Assembly (NCBI GenBank): GCA_052327205.1
Contig: JBMRGM010000041.1
Coordinates: 9,920,001-9,984,000, forward strand
Origin: Somniosus microcephalus
Taxonomy: Eukaryota
Direction: 5' to 3'
Length of the DNA: 64,000 bases
A model generated the notes under the pieces. The model was not told the DNA's origin. It saw nothing but the letters and a program-made list of their open reading frames with translations, and searched no databases. Positions 1-12,489 of this stretch are shown piece by piece. Position numbers and translations under genes: made by a program. Within the stretch, counting starts at the first letter, position 1. Each line of letters opens with the position of its first letter.

Positions 1-59
1 ATCTGAGAGGGAGGGGAGGGCAAAGTTCAGAGTTCATCAGTCCTTCAATTCAACACAAA

Positions 60-595
60 CGTGCCCCTAGTTGAGCCGTCACTCACACACTCTCTCGCCT
101 CGGAGTCCAAAGGTCGTGAGTTCGAGTCCCACTCCAGAGACTTGAACACAAAAATCCAAGCCGACACTCCCAGTGCAGGACTGAGGAAGCGCCGCACTGT
201 CGGAGGGGCGGCGCTGAGGGAGCGCCGCACTGTCGGAGGGGCGGCGCTGAGGGAGCGCCGCACTGTCGGAGGGGCCATCTTTCTGATGAGACGTTAGAGC
301 AGACGGGGCCTCGGTTTCTCAGGTGAACATAAAAGATCCCATGGCCACTATTGGAAGAGGAGCAGGGGGAGTTCTCCCCGGTGTCCTGGGGCCAATATTT
401 ATCCCTCAACCAACATCACTAAAATAGATGATCTGGTCATTATCACAGTGCTGTTTGTGGGAGCTTGCTGTGCGCAAATTGTCTACCGTGTTTCCTACAT
501 TACAACAGTGACCACACTTCAACATTGGCTGTAAAGCGCTTTGGGTCGTCCCGAGGTCGTACAAGGCGCTGGAGAAATGCAAGACTTTCATTTCT
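60..595 (+). mobile_element. DeuSINE-type SINE (SacSINE1/AmnSINE1-like) with short internal 33-bp repeat
   Basis: tRNA-like head with B-box GAGTTCGAGTCCC, Deu-domain core (GATGAGACGTT...AAAAGATCCCATGGC...GCTGTTTGTGGGAGCTTGCTGTGCGCAAATT), tail ending AAATGCAAGACTTT. Confidence 0.75.
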
Positions 596-727
596 CAATT
601 ATTTTGCAAGCTTAGAATTAGACTTCCCTTCCTCCTTTAGGTAGGCACCAACAATTCCTAACGGATTGCAAACAAGAATCTCTGACTCCCACGGGTGCAG
701 TTCGAGATTTTTCACGGGCTATTCCAC

Positions 728-871
728 TGGGGTCACTATTGACCAGAAACTGAACTGGACCAGCCACATAAATACTGTGGCAACAAGAGCAGGTCAGAGG
801 CTGGGTATTCTGCGGCGAGTGTCTCACCTCCTGACTCCCCAAAGCCTTTCCACCATCTACAAGGCACAAGT
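728..871 (+). mobile_element. CR1/L2-group LINE 3' fragment, left part (continues at 3477)
   Basis: [30 protein letters not shown]; contiguous with the 3477 piece in the unbroken copy at 9230-9905. Confidence 0.8.
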
Positions 872-2150
872 ATTCAAGAAGGGTGACCAACACCAGTTTG
901 CCTATCGGGCAAACAGATCAACGGAGGATGCAATCACTACTGCTCTACACTCGGCACTGAATCACCTAGATGGTAAGGAGACCTACATCAGGATGTTGTT
1001 TATAGACTACAACTCAGCATTCAACACTATCGTCCCCAATAAGCTGGCCACCAAACTCCAAACTCTTGGCCTGAACACTTCCCTCTGCAACCGGACCCTG
1101 GACTTCCTAACAAACAGACCCCAGTCTGTCAAATTAGGCAACCACACCTCCCCCCCCCCTGACCCTGAACACGGGGGCCCCACAAGGATGTGTGCTGAGC
1201 CCCCTCCTCTACTCCCTCTTCACCCACGACTGTGTGGCTGTTCATGGTTCCAACACCATCATCAAGTTTGCAGATGACACCACAGTAGTAGGCCAGATCA
1301 CCAACAACGATGAGTCAGCCTACAGGGAGGAGGTCCAGCATCTCGTGAAGTGGTGCGCCGACAACAACCTGGCCCTTAACACCAAGAAAACAAAAGGAAA
1401 TAATCGTGGACTTCAGGAAGTCCAAAGGCGGAAGTCACACCCCCATCCACATCAATGGGGCGGAGGTGGAAAGGGTGGCCAGCTTTAAGTTCCTCGGAGT
1501 CCACATCACGGAAGACCTCTCCTGGTCCCTCAACACCTCCTCTCTGGTGAAGAAGGCCCAGCAGCGCCTATATTTCTTGAGGAGGCTGAAGGGATGTAAT
1601 CTGTCACCCCCGATCCTCTCTAACTTCTACCGCTGCACTATAGAGAGCATCCTGACAAACTGTATCACGGTGTGGTACGGCGGCTGTAGCTCCCATGACC
1701 GGAAAGCCCTGCAGCGGGTAGTCAAAACTGCCCAACGCATTACCGGCACCCGGCTACCGACCATAGAACATATATATCAGAAACGCTGCCTACGGACCAT
1801 CATCAAAGACCCTACCCACCCCAGCCACAGTCTGTTCGCCCTCCTACCATCTGGAAGACGCTACAGATGCATTCGCACCCGTACGACCAGATTTAGGAAC
1901 AGCTTCTTTCCCAGGGCTGTCATCCTACTGAACTCCACAAATAAACACTAAAGCCTGCACATCTGCCGATGCACTTTATTCTGGTCATATTTATGCTAAT
2001 ATATATGTACAAATGTATGTTGAAATGTTTAAGTGTCCTAATCCAAATTGTACACTCTCGGGAGCCGCAAACCTACATTTCGTTGTACTGCACTTGTGCA
2101 CTAACAATGACAATAAAAGTTGATTTGATTTGATTTGATTTGATTTGATT
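872..2150 (+). mobile_element. 5'-truncated Rex1/Babar-like LINE (frameshifted RT)
   Basis: [46 protein letters not shown] motifs across three frames; AATAAA followed by (TTTGA)n tail at 2112-2150. Confidence 0.8.
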
Positions 2151-2470
2151 GAAGATAGGAACAGGAGTAGGCCATTCGGCCCTTCGAGCCTGCTCCGCCA
2201 TTCAATGTGATCATGGCTGATCATCCAAACTCCCACCCTATCCCCGTAACCCCACGTATTTAACCCCCCTAACACTAAGGGTCAATTTATCATAGCCAAT
2301 CATCCTAACCCGCACATCTTTGGACTGTGGGAGGAAACCGGAGCACCCGGTGGAAACCCACGCAAACACGGGGAGAATGTGCAAACTCCACACAGTCACC
2401 CGAGGCCGGATTCGAACCCAGGTCCCCGGCGCTGTGAGGCAACAGTGCTAACCACTATGCCACCATGCTG
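2151..2470 (-). mobile_element. HE1-like V-SINE
   Basis: minus strand: tRNA-like head GGTGGCATAGTGGTTAGCACTG...GGTTCGAATCC, V-domain GTGTGGAGTTTGCACATTCTCCCCGTG, CR1-type tail. Confidence 0.8.
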
Positions 2471-3476
2471 CGGTGTACCGCAGGGATCGGCGCTGGGTCC
2501 CTTGCTGTTTGTGGTCTACATTAATGATTTGGATGTGAACGTTAAAGGTATGATCAGTAAGTTCGCAGATGACACGAAAATTGGTGGGGTGGTAAATAGC
2601 GAGGAGGGTAGCCTCAGTCTGCAGGACGATATAGATGGGTTGGTCGTATGGGCGGAACAGTGGCAAATGGAATTTAACCCTGAAAAGTGTGAGGTGATGC
2701 ATTTTGGGAGGACTAACAAGGCAAGGGAATACACAATGAATGGTAGGACCCTAGGAAGGACAGAGGATCAGATGGACCTTGGTGTGCATGTACATAGATC
2801 CCTGGAGGCAGCAGAACAGGTGGATAAGGTGGTTAAAAAGGCATATGGGATACTTGCCTTCATTAGCCGAGGCATAGAATATAAGAGCAGGGAGGTTATG
2901 ATGGAGCTGTACAAAACGCTAGTTAGGCCACAGCTGGAATACTGTGTACAGTTCTGGTCGCCACACTATAGGAAGGATGTGATTGCTTTGGAGAGGGTGC
3001 CGAGGAGATTCACCAGGATGTTACCTGGGCTGGAGCGCTTCAGCTATGAAGAGAGACTGGACGGGCTGGGGTTGTTTTCCTTGGAGCAGAGAAGGCTGAG
3101 GGGGGACCTGATTGAGGTGTACAAAATGATGATGGGCATAGATAGGGTAGATAGAAAGGAACTTTTCCCCTTTAGTAGAGGGGTCAATAACCAGGGGGCA
3201 TAGTTTCAAGGTAAGGGGCAGGAGGTTTAGAGGGGATTTGAGGAAGAACTTTTTCACCCAGAGGATGGTTGGAATCTGGAACTCACTGCCTGAAAGGGTG
3301 GTAGAGGCAGGAACCCTCAACATTCAAGAAGCATTTAGATGAGCACTTGAAACGCCGTAGCATACAAGGCTACGGACCAAGTGCTGGAAAATGGGATTAG
3401 AATAGACAGGGCTTGATGGCCGGCGCGGACATGATGGGCTGAAGGGCCTCTTTCTGTGCTGTATAACTCGATGACT
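2471..3476 (+). mobile_element. 5'-truncated CR1 LINE
   Basis: GVPQGSALGPLLF, KFADDTK, LVRPQLEYCVQFWSP motifs; CR1 3' UTR. Confidence 0.9.
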
Positions 3477-3970
3477 AAGTCAGGAGTGTGATGGAATACT
3501 CTCCACTTGCCTGGATGAGTGCAGCTCCAACAACACTCAAGAAGCTCGACACCATCCAGGACAAAGCAGCCCGCTTGATTGGCATCCTATCCACCGCCTT
3601 AAACATTCACTCCCTCCACCACCGGCGCACCGTGGCTGCAGTGTGTACCATCTACAAGATGCACTGCAGCAACTCGCCAAGGCTTCTTCGGCAGCACCTC
3701 CCAAACCCGCCACCTCTTCCACCTAGAAGGACAAGGGCAGCAGACGCATGGGAACACCACCACCTCCAAGTTCCCCTCCAAGTCACACACCATCCTGACT
3801 TGGAAATATATCGGCCGGTCCTTCATCGTCGCTGGGTCAAAATCCTGGAGCTCCCTCCCTAACAGCACTGTGGGAGCACCTTCACCACACGGGACTGCAG
3901 CGGTTCAAGGCGGCGGCTCACCACCACCTTCTCAAGGGGCAATTAGGGATGGGCAATAAATGCCGGCCTT
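3477..3970 (+). mobile_element. CR1/L2-group LINE 3' fragment, right part
   Basis: MEYSPLAWMSAAPTTLKKLDTIQDKAARLIG; tail GGGCAATAAATGCCGGCC. Confidence 0.8.
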
Positions 3971-4051
3971 ACTCCCATATACAGCCGCGCCCGACCTTGC
4001 GCTGAACCCGCATCGACCGGATGACGAGCAGGAGCCCCGACTGATCGGTAC

Positions 4052-4270
4052 CTGGAAGATGCTGGGCGTGTACTCATCGTCGATGGTGTGGCAGACCCTC
4101 ACTTCGCGCCTCACCCCCTCCGCCTCCAGCACCACCAGCTCCAGGCCGAAGCGGGACTTGTTCCCGCGCGGCTCGACCCCGTCGATGACAAACTCCAGCT
4201 TCGAGCTGTTGGCCGTGTGCAACAGGCGAGGGAGAACGGGACCGCGACCAGAGGCTTCGAAAGCTGCGAT
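4052..4270 (-). CDS. GLMP: GLMP (glycosylated lysosomal membrane protein, NCU-G1) coding exon 4
   Basis: IAAFEASGRGPVLPRLLHTANSSKLE...PRGNKSRFGLE...TIDDEYTPSIFQ matches GLMP motifs PRLLHTA and IDDEY; CAG acceptor, GTACCG donor, 219 nt, phase 0. Confidence 0.9.
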
Positions 4271-4350
4271 CTGAAAGAATTCAATGGGGAGCAGCAATCA
4301 CAAGTCAGTTACTGGGGGCTCTGGAAATCGTATGTCCCACATTCATCAGC

Positions 4351-5073
4351 AAACACTCCCAGGGCAGGTACAGCACGGGTTAGATACAGAGTAAAGCTCC
4401 CCCTACACTGTCCCATCAAACACTCCCAGGGCAGGTACAGCACGGGTTAGATACAGAGTAAAGCTCCCTCTACACTGTCCCATCAAACACTCCCAGGGCA
4501 GGTACAGCACGGGTTAGATACAGAGTAAAGCTCCCTCTACACTGTCCCCATCAAACACTCCCAGGGCAGGTACAGCACAGGTTAGATACAGAGTAAAGCT
4601 CCCTCTACACTGTCCCCATCAAAAACTCCCAGGGCAGGTACAGCATGGGTTAGTTACAGAGTAAAGCTCCCTCTACACTGTCCCATCAAACACTCCCAAG
4701 GCAGGTACAGCACGGGTTAGATACAGAGTAAAGCTCCCTCTACACTGTCCCATCAAACACTCCCAGGGCAGGTACAGCACGGGTTAGATACAGAGTAAAG
4801 CTTCCTCTACACTGTCCCATCAAACACTCCCAGGGCAGGTACAGCATGGGTTAGATACAGAGTAAAGCTTCCTCTACACTGTCCCATCAAACACTCCCAG
4901 GGCAGGTACAGCACGGGTGAGATACAGAGTAAAGCTCCCTCTACACTGTCCCATCAAACACTCCCAGGGCAGGTACAGCACGGGTGAGATACAGAGTAAA
5001 GCTCCCTCTGCACTGTCCCATCAAACACTCCCAGGGCAGGTACAGCACGGGTTAGATACAGAGCAAAGCTCCC
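4351..5073. repeat. 67-bp minisatellite, ~11 copies
   Basis: unit AAACACTCCCAGGGCAGGTACAGCACGGGTTAGATACAGAGTAAAGCTCCCTCTACACTGTCCCATC at 4351, 4418, ... Confidence 0.95.
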
Positions 5074-5398
5074 TCGACGCTGATCTCTCCCGAGGTCAGA
5101 TCGACCTCTTGTGTCGCATCCCTTAGACTCTGGGGCAGACAGACTATTTAGCATGGGGGAGCACCACATTCCAGCCTTGTGGGACTTTACTGCAGGATCT
5201 CTGCCAGTAACACACCGGGGAACAGTTCCCCAACAGAGCCAGTGTGTGGAGGAGGTGTTCACTTGCAATAGGGACTAGCAGAGAGCGATGTACTGACGCA
5301 GCGGCATTGGAGCCAGGCGCCGTGCCGTTCCCGGTGACTCACACGCATTGTCAGCCACAACCCCTCCCCCCCCACCCACGCTGCCAATCCACACCTAC

Positions 5399-5596
5399 CC
5401 GGAATGTGATGCTGCCGTTGCTGAATAGCTGGCCCGTGGCGTTGCGGCCCCGGAGCTGGGCTGTCAGCGTGCTGCAGTTCAAGGTGGCGTTGACATCGTC
5501 CCAGGCGAAGCCCTCCAGCTGATAGGTGGGGTAGAAGCCGCTGTCTGGCACCCGAGAGAGGTCGGCCGTGTTGTTCACGTCATCGTACTCAAACAC
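5399..5596 (-). CDS. GLMP: GLMP coding exon 3
   Basis: VFEYDDVNNTADLS...YQLEGFAWDDVNATLN...FSNGSITFR with several N-x-S/T sequons; CAG/GTAGGT splice sites, 198 nt. Confidence 0.9.
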
Positions 5597-6104
5597 CTGG
5601 AACACGGGGAGAAATAGAAAAAAAAACAGGCTGAAACACCGAATCGCACTCCCCCAGGAAAACATCCCACACCCAGCCAAATATCTCAGAGAGATTGCCT
5701 AATGCTCTGCCCAGGAAGGGGCCAGCTCAAATTCCCGGACTATTTGACCGTGGGGGGCAGCACAACCAAGCCTGATGATGTCTTTGCATGGGTGCACCTA
5801 CTTTGGGGGAGGGGGAAATGTGTGTCTCGTGCACCTGAACCAGGGGTGGTGTTGGGGAGCAATACAATTGACCCCAAATATCCCAGGGCGCCTGGGGGGG
5901 GGGGGGGGGGGGGCGGGGGAAGCTACTTCAGATGGACTATGCCGAAGGTATGGTACAGACTACTACTGGATTGCAGTGATCAGCAGGGTCCCATGTCGTC
6001 TGCTCTCAGAGGGGCCAAACAAATTGGGAATAAACCAGCCAGGATTCCCGCTCACCGATCAGTGACCACCCCCTCTTCCCCTCCTCAAAGGTGCAACTGT
6101 AGCC

Positions 6105-6490
6105 AACAACATAGCAAAAGGTCCCGAGGTGCTTCACTGGAGCGATTATCTAACAAAATTTGACACCAAGCCACATAAGGAGATATTAGGGCAGGTGACC
6201 AAAAGCTTGGTCAAAGAGGTAGGTTGTAAAGAGCGTCTTAAAGGAGAGAGAGAGAGAGGCGGAGAGGTTTAGGGAGGGAATTCCAGAGCTCGGGGCCCAG
6301 GCGGCTGAAGGCACGGCCGCCAATGGTGGAGCGATGGAAATCGGGGGATGCGCAAGAGGCCAGAATTGGAGCAACACAGAGATCTCGGAGTGTTGTGGGG
6401 CTGAAGGAAGTTAGAGAGATAGGGAGGGGGGGGGACGAGGGGAGAGAGAGGGTCGAGGTCACGGAGGGATTTGAAAACGAGGATGAGAGT
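6105..6490 (-). mobile_element. L2 LINE 3' fragment
   Basis: IGGRAFSRLGPELWNSLP...FKTL..TYLFDQAF, the L2 ORF2 C-terminus. Confidence 0.75.
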
Positions 6491-7139
6491 TTTCGGCAGA
6501 GGACAGGATCAAGCTTGGCTGCGATGCCCTCCGCGGTCAAATTTCTAGCACAAAGAATGCCCGCTAAGGTGAGGCAAAGGCGAGAGCTTGAAGCTGCCTT
6601 GGAAAACACACAGGCGGCGAGTGTGGGGTCCCACTCAGATTAACTGGCAGATGGCTCAAATTAAACAGCACCAACGGCAGAATAATGGACACAGGGGCAG
6701 GAATCTGGTATCATTCCCCAGCTTTATCCAGGCTCCTCCCTCTGACAATAATTACCTCAGCTTCGTAGCCTTTGGTTAGTGATTTGACTGACTCCAGTTG
6801 TCTTATGTACATACAGCCTGAAATCTCTTTCGATAGTCTTAGATTTACCTTTGTACAGGCACCATTGCAAAAGTTTGGTCAATATTTCTCCGATAAGGGA
6901 AGAAACATCCTGCATTGGACAGGCGATAAGATACAAGGTGGTTTTGGCATTGTGCATTACATGACTTCAGATAGACAGGGTAAACAAATTTAAAAATGGC
7001 TGTGCCCAGTGCAATCTCTTAACACAAAGGCTGCAGCCCGGCATCTTGGCCAGAGCCCCTTCGAACTCAAACTAATCAAATTATTGGACCTCTTAAAGGC
7101 GCGATACAAATCCAAGTTGTCATCATCGTCAGTCCCGTG

Positions 7140-7865
7140 CTGCACTGTCGGAGGGGCGGTACTGAGGGAGCGCCGCACTGTCGAAGGGGCAGTATCGAGG
7201 GAGTGCCGCACCGGAGGGGCAGTACCGAGGGAGCGCCGCACCGTCGGAGGAGCAGTACCGAGGGAGCGCCGCACTGTCGGGGGGGCGGTACCGAGGGAGC
7301 GCCGCACCGTCGGAGGGGCAGTACCGAGGGAGCGCCGCACCGTCGGAGGAGCAGTACCGAGGGAGCGCCGCACTGTCGGGGGGGCGGTACTGAGGGAGCG
7401 CCGCACTGTCGAAGGGGCAGTATCGAGGGAGTGCCGCACTGTCGGAGGGGCAGTACCGAGGGAGCGCCGCACCGTCGGAGGAGCAGTACCGAGGGAGCGC
7501 CGCACTGTCGGGGGGGCGGTACCGAGGGAGCGCCGCACCGTCGGAGGTGCCGTCTTTCAGATGAGACGTTAAACCGAGGCCCCGTCTGCCCTCACAGGTG
7601 GATGTAAAAGATCGCACGGACATTATTTCGAAGAAAAGCAGGGGGGAGTTCTCCCCGGTGTCCTGGGGCCAATATTAATCCCTCAACCAACATCACTAAA
7701 ACATGATCCGGCCATTATTGCTGTTTGTGGGAGCTTGCTGTGCGCAAATTGGCTGCCACGTTCCCTACATTACAACACTTCAAACAAAAAGTACTTCATT
7801 GGCTGTAAAGCGTTTGGGACGTCCCGAGGTGGTGAAAGGCGCTGTTTAAACGGGAGGCCTTTCTT
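7140..7865 (+). mobile_element. DeuSINE-type SINE with expanded 33-bp minisatellite (7141-7548)
   Basis: ~12 units of GAGGGAGCGCCGCACTGTCGGAGGGGCAGTACC/T running into the Deu core. Confidence 0.8.
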
Positions 7866-7920
7866 GAATTGCGGAGCAGGCTCGAGGGGCTGAATGGCTT
7901 CTTCCTGTTCCTATACTTAC

Positions 7921-8193
7921 CCGGGAGAAAATAACAGCAGTGGAATAGACGACCGCCTCGGCGGGCTCGATGCGCACAGCGCGGGATGGGTCCTTCAGTG
8001 CCAGCCGGGTCCAGTTGATGTGCAGCGAGCTGCTGGGGCTGCTGGTGTAGACCAGCAGGACGGTGGGAGCCCCCAGCGTGCTCCAGAGGTAGTGGATCGT
8101 GTCATTGCGGCCAACCGCCCGCACATGGAGCACGTTCGGATCACCGGGAGAGGCGACCGAACTATTCCTTCCAGGATTATACTCGAAGGAAAC
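7921..8193 (-). CDS. GLMP: GLMP coding exon 2
   Basis: VSFEYNPG...VLHVRAVGRNDTIHYLWSTLGAPTVLLV...STAVIFSR; CAG/GTAAGT splice sites, 273 nt. Confidence 0.92.
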
Positions 8194-8398
8194 CTGAGAG
8201 AGAGAGAGAGAGAGTAAAAAAAACCAGAGAGAAACATCAATGATCAGCCAGTGATTCAACAACTTGTATTTATCCTTCAATGTAGTAAAACGTCCCAAGG
8301 TGCTTCACAGGAGTGTTAATCCGACAAAATTTGACACCGAGCCACATAAGGAGCTTTTAGGGACAGGTGACCAAACGCTTGGTCAAAGAGTAGTACGA

Positions 8399-8842
8399 TA
8401 GCAAAATACTGCAGATGTTGGAAATCCGAAATAACAGCAAAAAAAGCTGGAAAAACTCAGCAGGTCAGGCAACATCCGTGGAGAGAAATTTGAGTTGACG
8501 TTTCGGGTTGGACCCTTCTTCAAAACTGGAAAGAAAAGAAACTAGATCGAAGGCAGGGCTGCGATCGGACAAAAGAATAAAAGAAACAAAAGAAGTAAAA
8601 GAGATTAGAAGCTAGACGAGACGGTAATAGGCTGGGATTAGGTGTAAAGTGTACTGGCAGGGCAAAAGATAGCTGCCAGGTGTGAGAGAGAAACAAAAGG
8701 AAAGGGGGGGGGGGGGAAAGGAGGGGAACAAATACAAGAGAAAATGAAATGGGGGCCCAGCTTATGATCTGAAATTGTTGAACTCGATATTGAGTCCGGA
8801 AGGCTGCAGACTGCCTAATCGGAAGATGAGGTGCTGTTCCTC
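8399..8842 (-). mobile_element. Penelope-like element 3' fragment, inserted in an L2 fragment (8262-9205)
   Basis: EEQHLIFRLGSLQPSGLNIEFNNFRS (Penelope GIY-YIG C-terminus) followed by a UTR with a degenerate hammerhead motif; L2 sequence GTCAAAGAG resumes on both sides. Confidence 0.75.
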
Positions 8843-9229
8843 GTCAAAGAGGTCGGTTTTAAGGAGCGTCTTAAAGGAGGAGAGAGAGGTGGAGAGGTTT
8901 AGGGAGGGAATTCCAGGGCTCGGGGCCCCAGGCGGCTGAAGGCACGGCCGCCAGTGGTGGAGCGATGGAAATCGGGGGATGCGCGAGAGGCCAGAATTGG
9001 AGGAGCGCCGAGATGTCGGAGGGTTGTGGGGCTGGAGGAGGTTACAGAGATAGGGAGGGGGCGAGGGCCATGGAGGGATTTGAACACGAGGATGAGAATT
9101 TTTAAAATCGAGGTGTTGCCGGATCGGGAGCCAATGTAGGTCAGCGAGCACAGGGGGTGATGGGTGAACGGGACTCGGTGCGAGTTAGGACACAGGGCAG
9201 CAGAGTTTCCCACTCCCACACAACACGGA

Positions 9230-9905
9230 ATCAACATCCTGGGGGTCACCATTGACCAGAAACTTAACTGGACCAGCCACATAAATACTGTGGCAACAAG
9301 AGCAGGTCAGAGGCTGGGTATTCTGCGGCGAGTGTCTCACCTCCTGACTCCCCAAAGCCTTTCCACCATCTACAAGGCACAAGTCAGGAGTGTGATGGAA
9401 TACTCTCCACTTGCCTGGATGAGTGCAGCTCCAACAACACAAGAAGCTCGACACAACCCAGGACAAAGCAGCCCGCTTGATTGGCACCTCATCCACCACC
9501 TTAAACATTCACTCCCTCCACCACCGGCGCACCGTGGCTGCAGTGTGTACCATCTACAAGATGCACTGCAGCAACTCGCCAAGGCTTCTTCGGCAGCACC
9601 TCCCAAACCCGCCACCTCTTCCACCTAGAAGGACAAGGGCAGCAGGCGCACGGGGACACCACCACCTCCTCCAAGTTCCCCTCCAAGTCACACACCATCC
9701 TGACTTGGAAGTATATCGGGCCGTTCCTTCATCGTCGCTGGGTCAAAATCCTGGAACTCCCTCCCTAACAGCACTGTGGGAGCACCTTCACCACACGGAC
9801 TGCAGCGGTTCAAGAAGGCGGCTCACCACCACCTTCTCAAGGGGCAACTAGGGATGGGCAATAAATGCCGGCCTTGCCAGCGACGCCCACATCCCATAAA
9901 CAAAT
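9230..9905 (+). mobile_element. CR1/L2-group LINE 3' fragment
   Basis: same family as 728-871 plus 3477-3970. Confidence 0.8.
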
Positions 9906-11007
9906 AAAAAGGAGGTGCAGACCTGTGCCGAGGTACAGTTCTGTATAGCCCAGGTGGCTATTCACACTTCCTCGAATATCTAGGCCGATGCGGTGTGGGG
10001 AGGCTATTCGACTACAGGGGGCATCGCAATCAGGCCCTATTCCTGTTCTCTCAGCCATCCACACATACACACACACACTGGGAATCTGGGCTGATTCTCT
10101 CATTCCTCCAACCCTTCCCATTTCTAACCCAGACGCACGCGAGAGGTCAAGTGTAGCAGCCCCAACTGAGTACAGAGCAGGGACCCTTCTTCCTCCTCCA
10201 CCGCCCCCCCCCCCCCCCCTAGTACCAGTGCAGGCCCTGGGATCAGCAGATGAACTAGGAAACAATTTGAGACTTTGAAGGGAGGGGGGGAAGGGAGGAG
10301 GGGGGGGGGGAAGGAAGGGGGGGGGGAAGGAAGGGGGGGGGGAGGGGGGGGGAGAAAAGAGAGAGAGAGAGAGAGAGAGAAAGTGAAAGTGAGAGAGAGA
10401 GGGCTCCCTACCTTGGCTTCTCCTCCCCGCTCGCCTCGCTCTCCTCCGACTCATCGTCCTCCACCACCGCCTCCACAGGATTCGCCTTCAGGCCGTGGAA
10501 ATACAAATCACAGAATCATACAGCCCTGGAAGAGGCCATTCTGCCCATCGCCCATGTCCTCTCCCCTTAATCCCAGTCCCCTGCCCTTTCCCCATTTGGC
10601 CCATCACCCATGCCCTCTCACTGAAAGATCTCTCCCCTTATCTCATGCCTCTGCCATTTCCCACGCCCCGCCCACATACCCTTTAAAATTTTCATTTTCA
10701 AATATGATTATCCACTTCCTTTATGCCCTCTTGTTACCGACTCTCAGACTAGTAGAAATATTTTACCCCGTCCGCCTACCCTTACTCTCGTAATTTCGAG
10801 CGCCTCCATTAGATCTGCTCTTAGCCCTCCCTGGTCGAACGAATCTCACAGATTCGCTAGTCTCGCTGGTCCGATGCCCGTGTGGAGTGAGCTCTTGCAC
10901 ACGAGAGAGGGGCTGATGTTGGCAGAAGGGCCCCTGGGGTTAGGGCGAGGGCTCCCAGTCCTGACCCCAGCTAGTCCCGCTGGAAGTGGAGTGGATGTCA
11001 GACAAGG

Positions 11008-11830
11008 GACGAGAGGGCTGTCCTATGAGGAGAGATTGTGTAGATTGAGCCGATACTCTCTGGAGTTCAGAAGAATGAGAGGTGATCTCATTGAAACATA
11101 CAAGATTCTGAGGGGGGGGTATTGACAGGGTAGATGCGGAGAGGTTGTTTCCCCCCTGGCTGGAGAGTCTATCACAGAATCACAGAAATCACAGAAACCC
11201 CACAGTGCAGATAGAGGCCATTTCGGCCCATCGAGCCTGCACCGACACACATCCCACCCGATCCCCGTAACCCCTACACCAACACATATCCCACCCTATC
11301 CCCGTAAACCCCACATATTTAATCCCCCTAACACTAAGGGTCAATTTTATCATAGCCAATCAACCTAACCTGCACATCTTTGGACTGTGGGGAGGAAACC
11401 GGAGCACCCGGAGGAAACCCACGCAAACCGGGGAGAATGTGCAAACTCCACACAGACAGTCGCCCGAGGCCAGATTCGAACCCGGGTCCCTGGTGCTGTG
11501 AGGCAACAGTGCTAACCACTATGCCACCGTGTCTGCCCAGGGGTCACAGTCTCAGGATAAGGGGTCGGCCATTTAGGACTGAGATGAGGAGGAATTTCTT
11601 CACTCAGAGGGCGGTGAATCTTTGGAATTCTCTGCCCAGAGGGCTGTGGAGGCTCAGTCGTTGAGTATATTCAAGGCTGAGATCGAGAGATTTTTGGACT
11701 CTCGGGGAATCGAGGGATATGGGGATCGGGTGGGAAAGTGGAGTTGAGGTCGAAGATCAGCCATGATCTTATTGAATGGCAGAGCAAGCTCGAGGGGCCG
11801 AATGGCCGACTCCTGCTCCTAATTCTTGTG
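11008..11830 (+). mobile_element. CR1 3' fragment interrupted by a minus-strand HE1-like SINE (11170-11531)
   Basis: LSYEERL...YSLEFRRMRGDLIETYKI then RGHSLRIRGRPFRTEMRRNFF after the SINE. Confidence 0.85.
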
Positions 11831-12111
11831 TGCTAAGGATGGGATCAGATTCCACTGCAAAGCCCTCCATTCTCAAACTGACTCTTGCAGCCAAGGCTCA
11901 CCCAAGAATGGGTGAGTCACATAGAAGATAGGAGCAGGAGTCGGCCATTCGGCCCCTCGAGCCTGCTCCGCCATTCAATGAGATCGTGGCTGATCATCCA
12001 AATTCAGTACCCTGTCCCCGCTTTCTCCCATATCCCTTGACCACGATATGTACACCAGCAAGGGAGTTAACATGAGCGGAGGGGGGGGGGGGGGCGCGGG
12101 GGTGCCCCAAC

Positions 12112-12365
12112 AAAAGATCCCAAGGCCACTATTTCAAAAGAAGAGCAGGGGGCGAGTTCTCCCCGGTGTCCTGGGCCAATATTTAACCTTGAACCAACAC
12201 CATTATCTGGTCCTCATCACATTGCTGTTTGTGGGAGCTTGCTGTGCACAAATTGGCTGCTGCGTTTCCTACATTATAACCGTGACTGCGATCCAAAAAG
12301 GGCTTCATCAGATGGAAAACGCTTTGGGACGTCCTGAATTTGGGAAAGGCGCGGTAGCAATGCAA
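12112..12365 (+). mobile_element. DeuSINE 3' part
   Basis: AAAAGATCCC...GTTCTCCCCGGTGTCCTGG...GCTGTTTGTGGGAGCTTGCTGTGCAC. Confidence 0.7.
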
Positions 12366-12489
12366 ACCCGACCTTGTATCCGAGACGTGATCGTATCCGA
12401 GAATGCAGATAGAATGAATGTGCCTTTCAATAGCGCCTTCCACATTCTCAGGGCAGCCCTAAGCGCTTCAATCAAGACTCCTGAATTGT

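Noticed and set aside
4351-5073. 67-bp array as CRISPR or coding repeat
   Set aside because: Head-to-tail near-identical units with no spacers; an ordinary intronic minisatellite.
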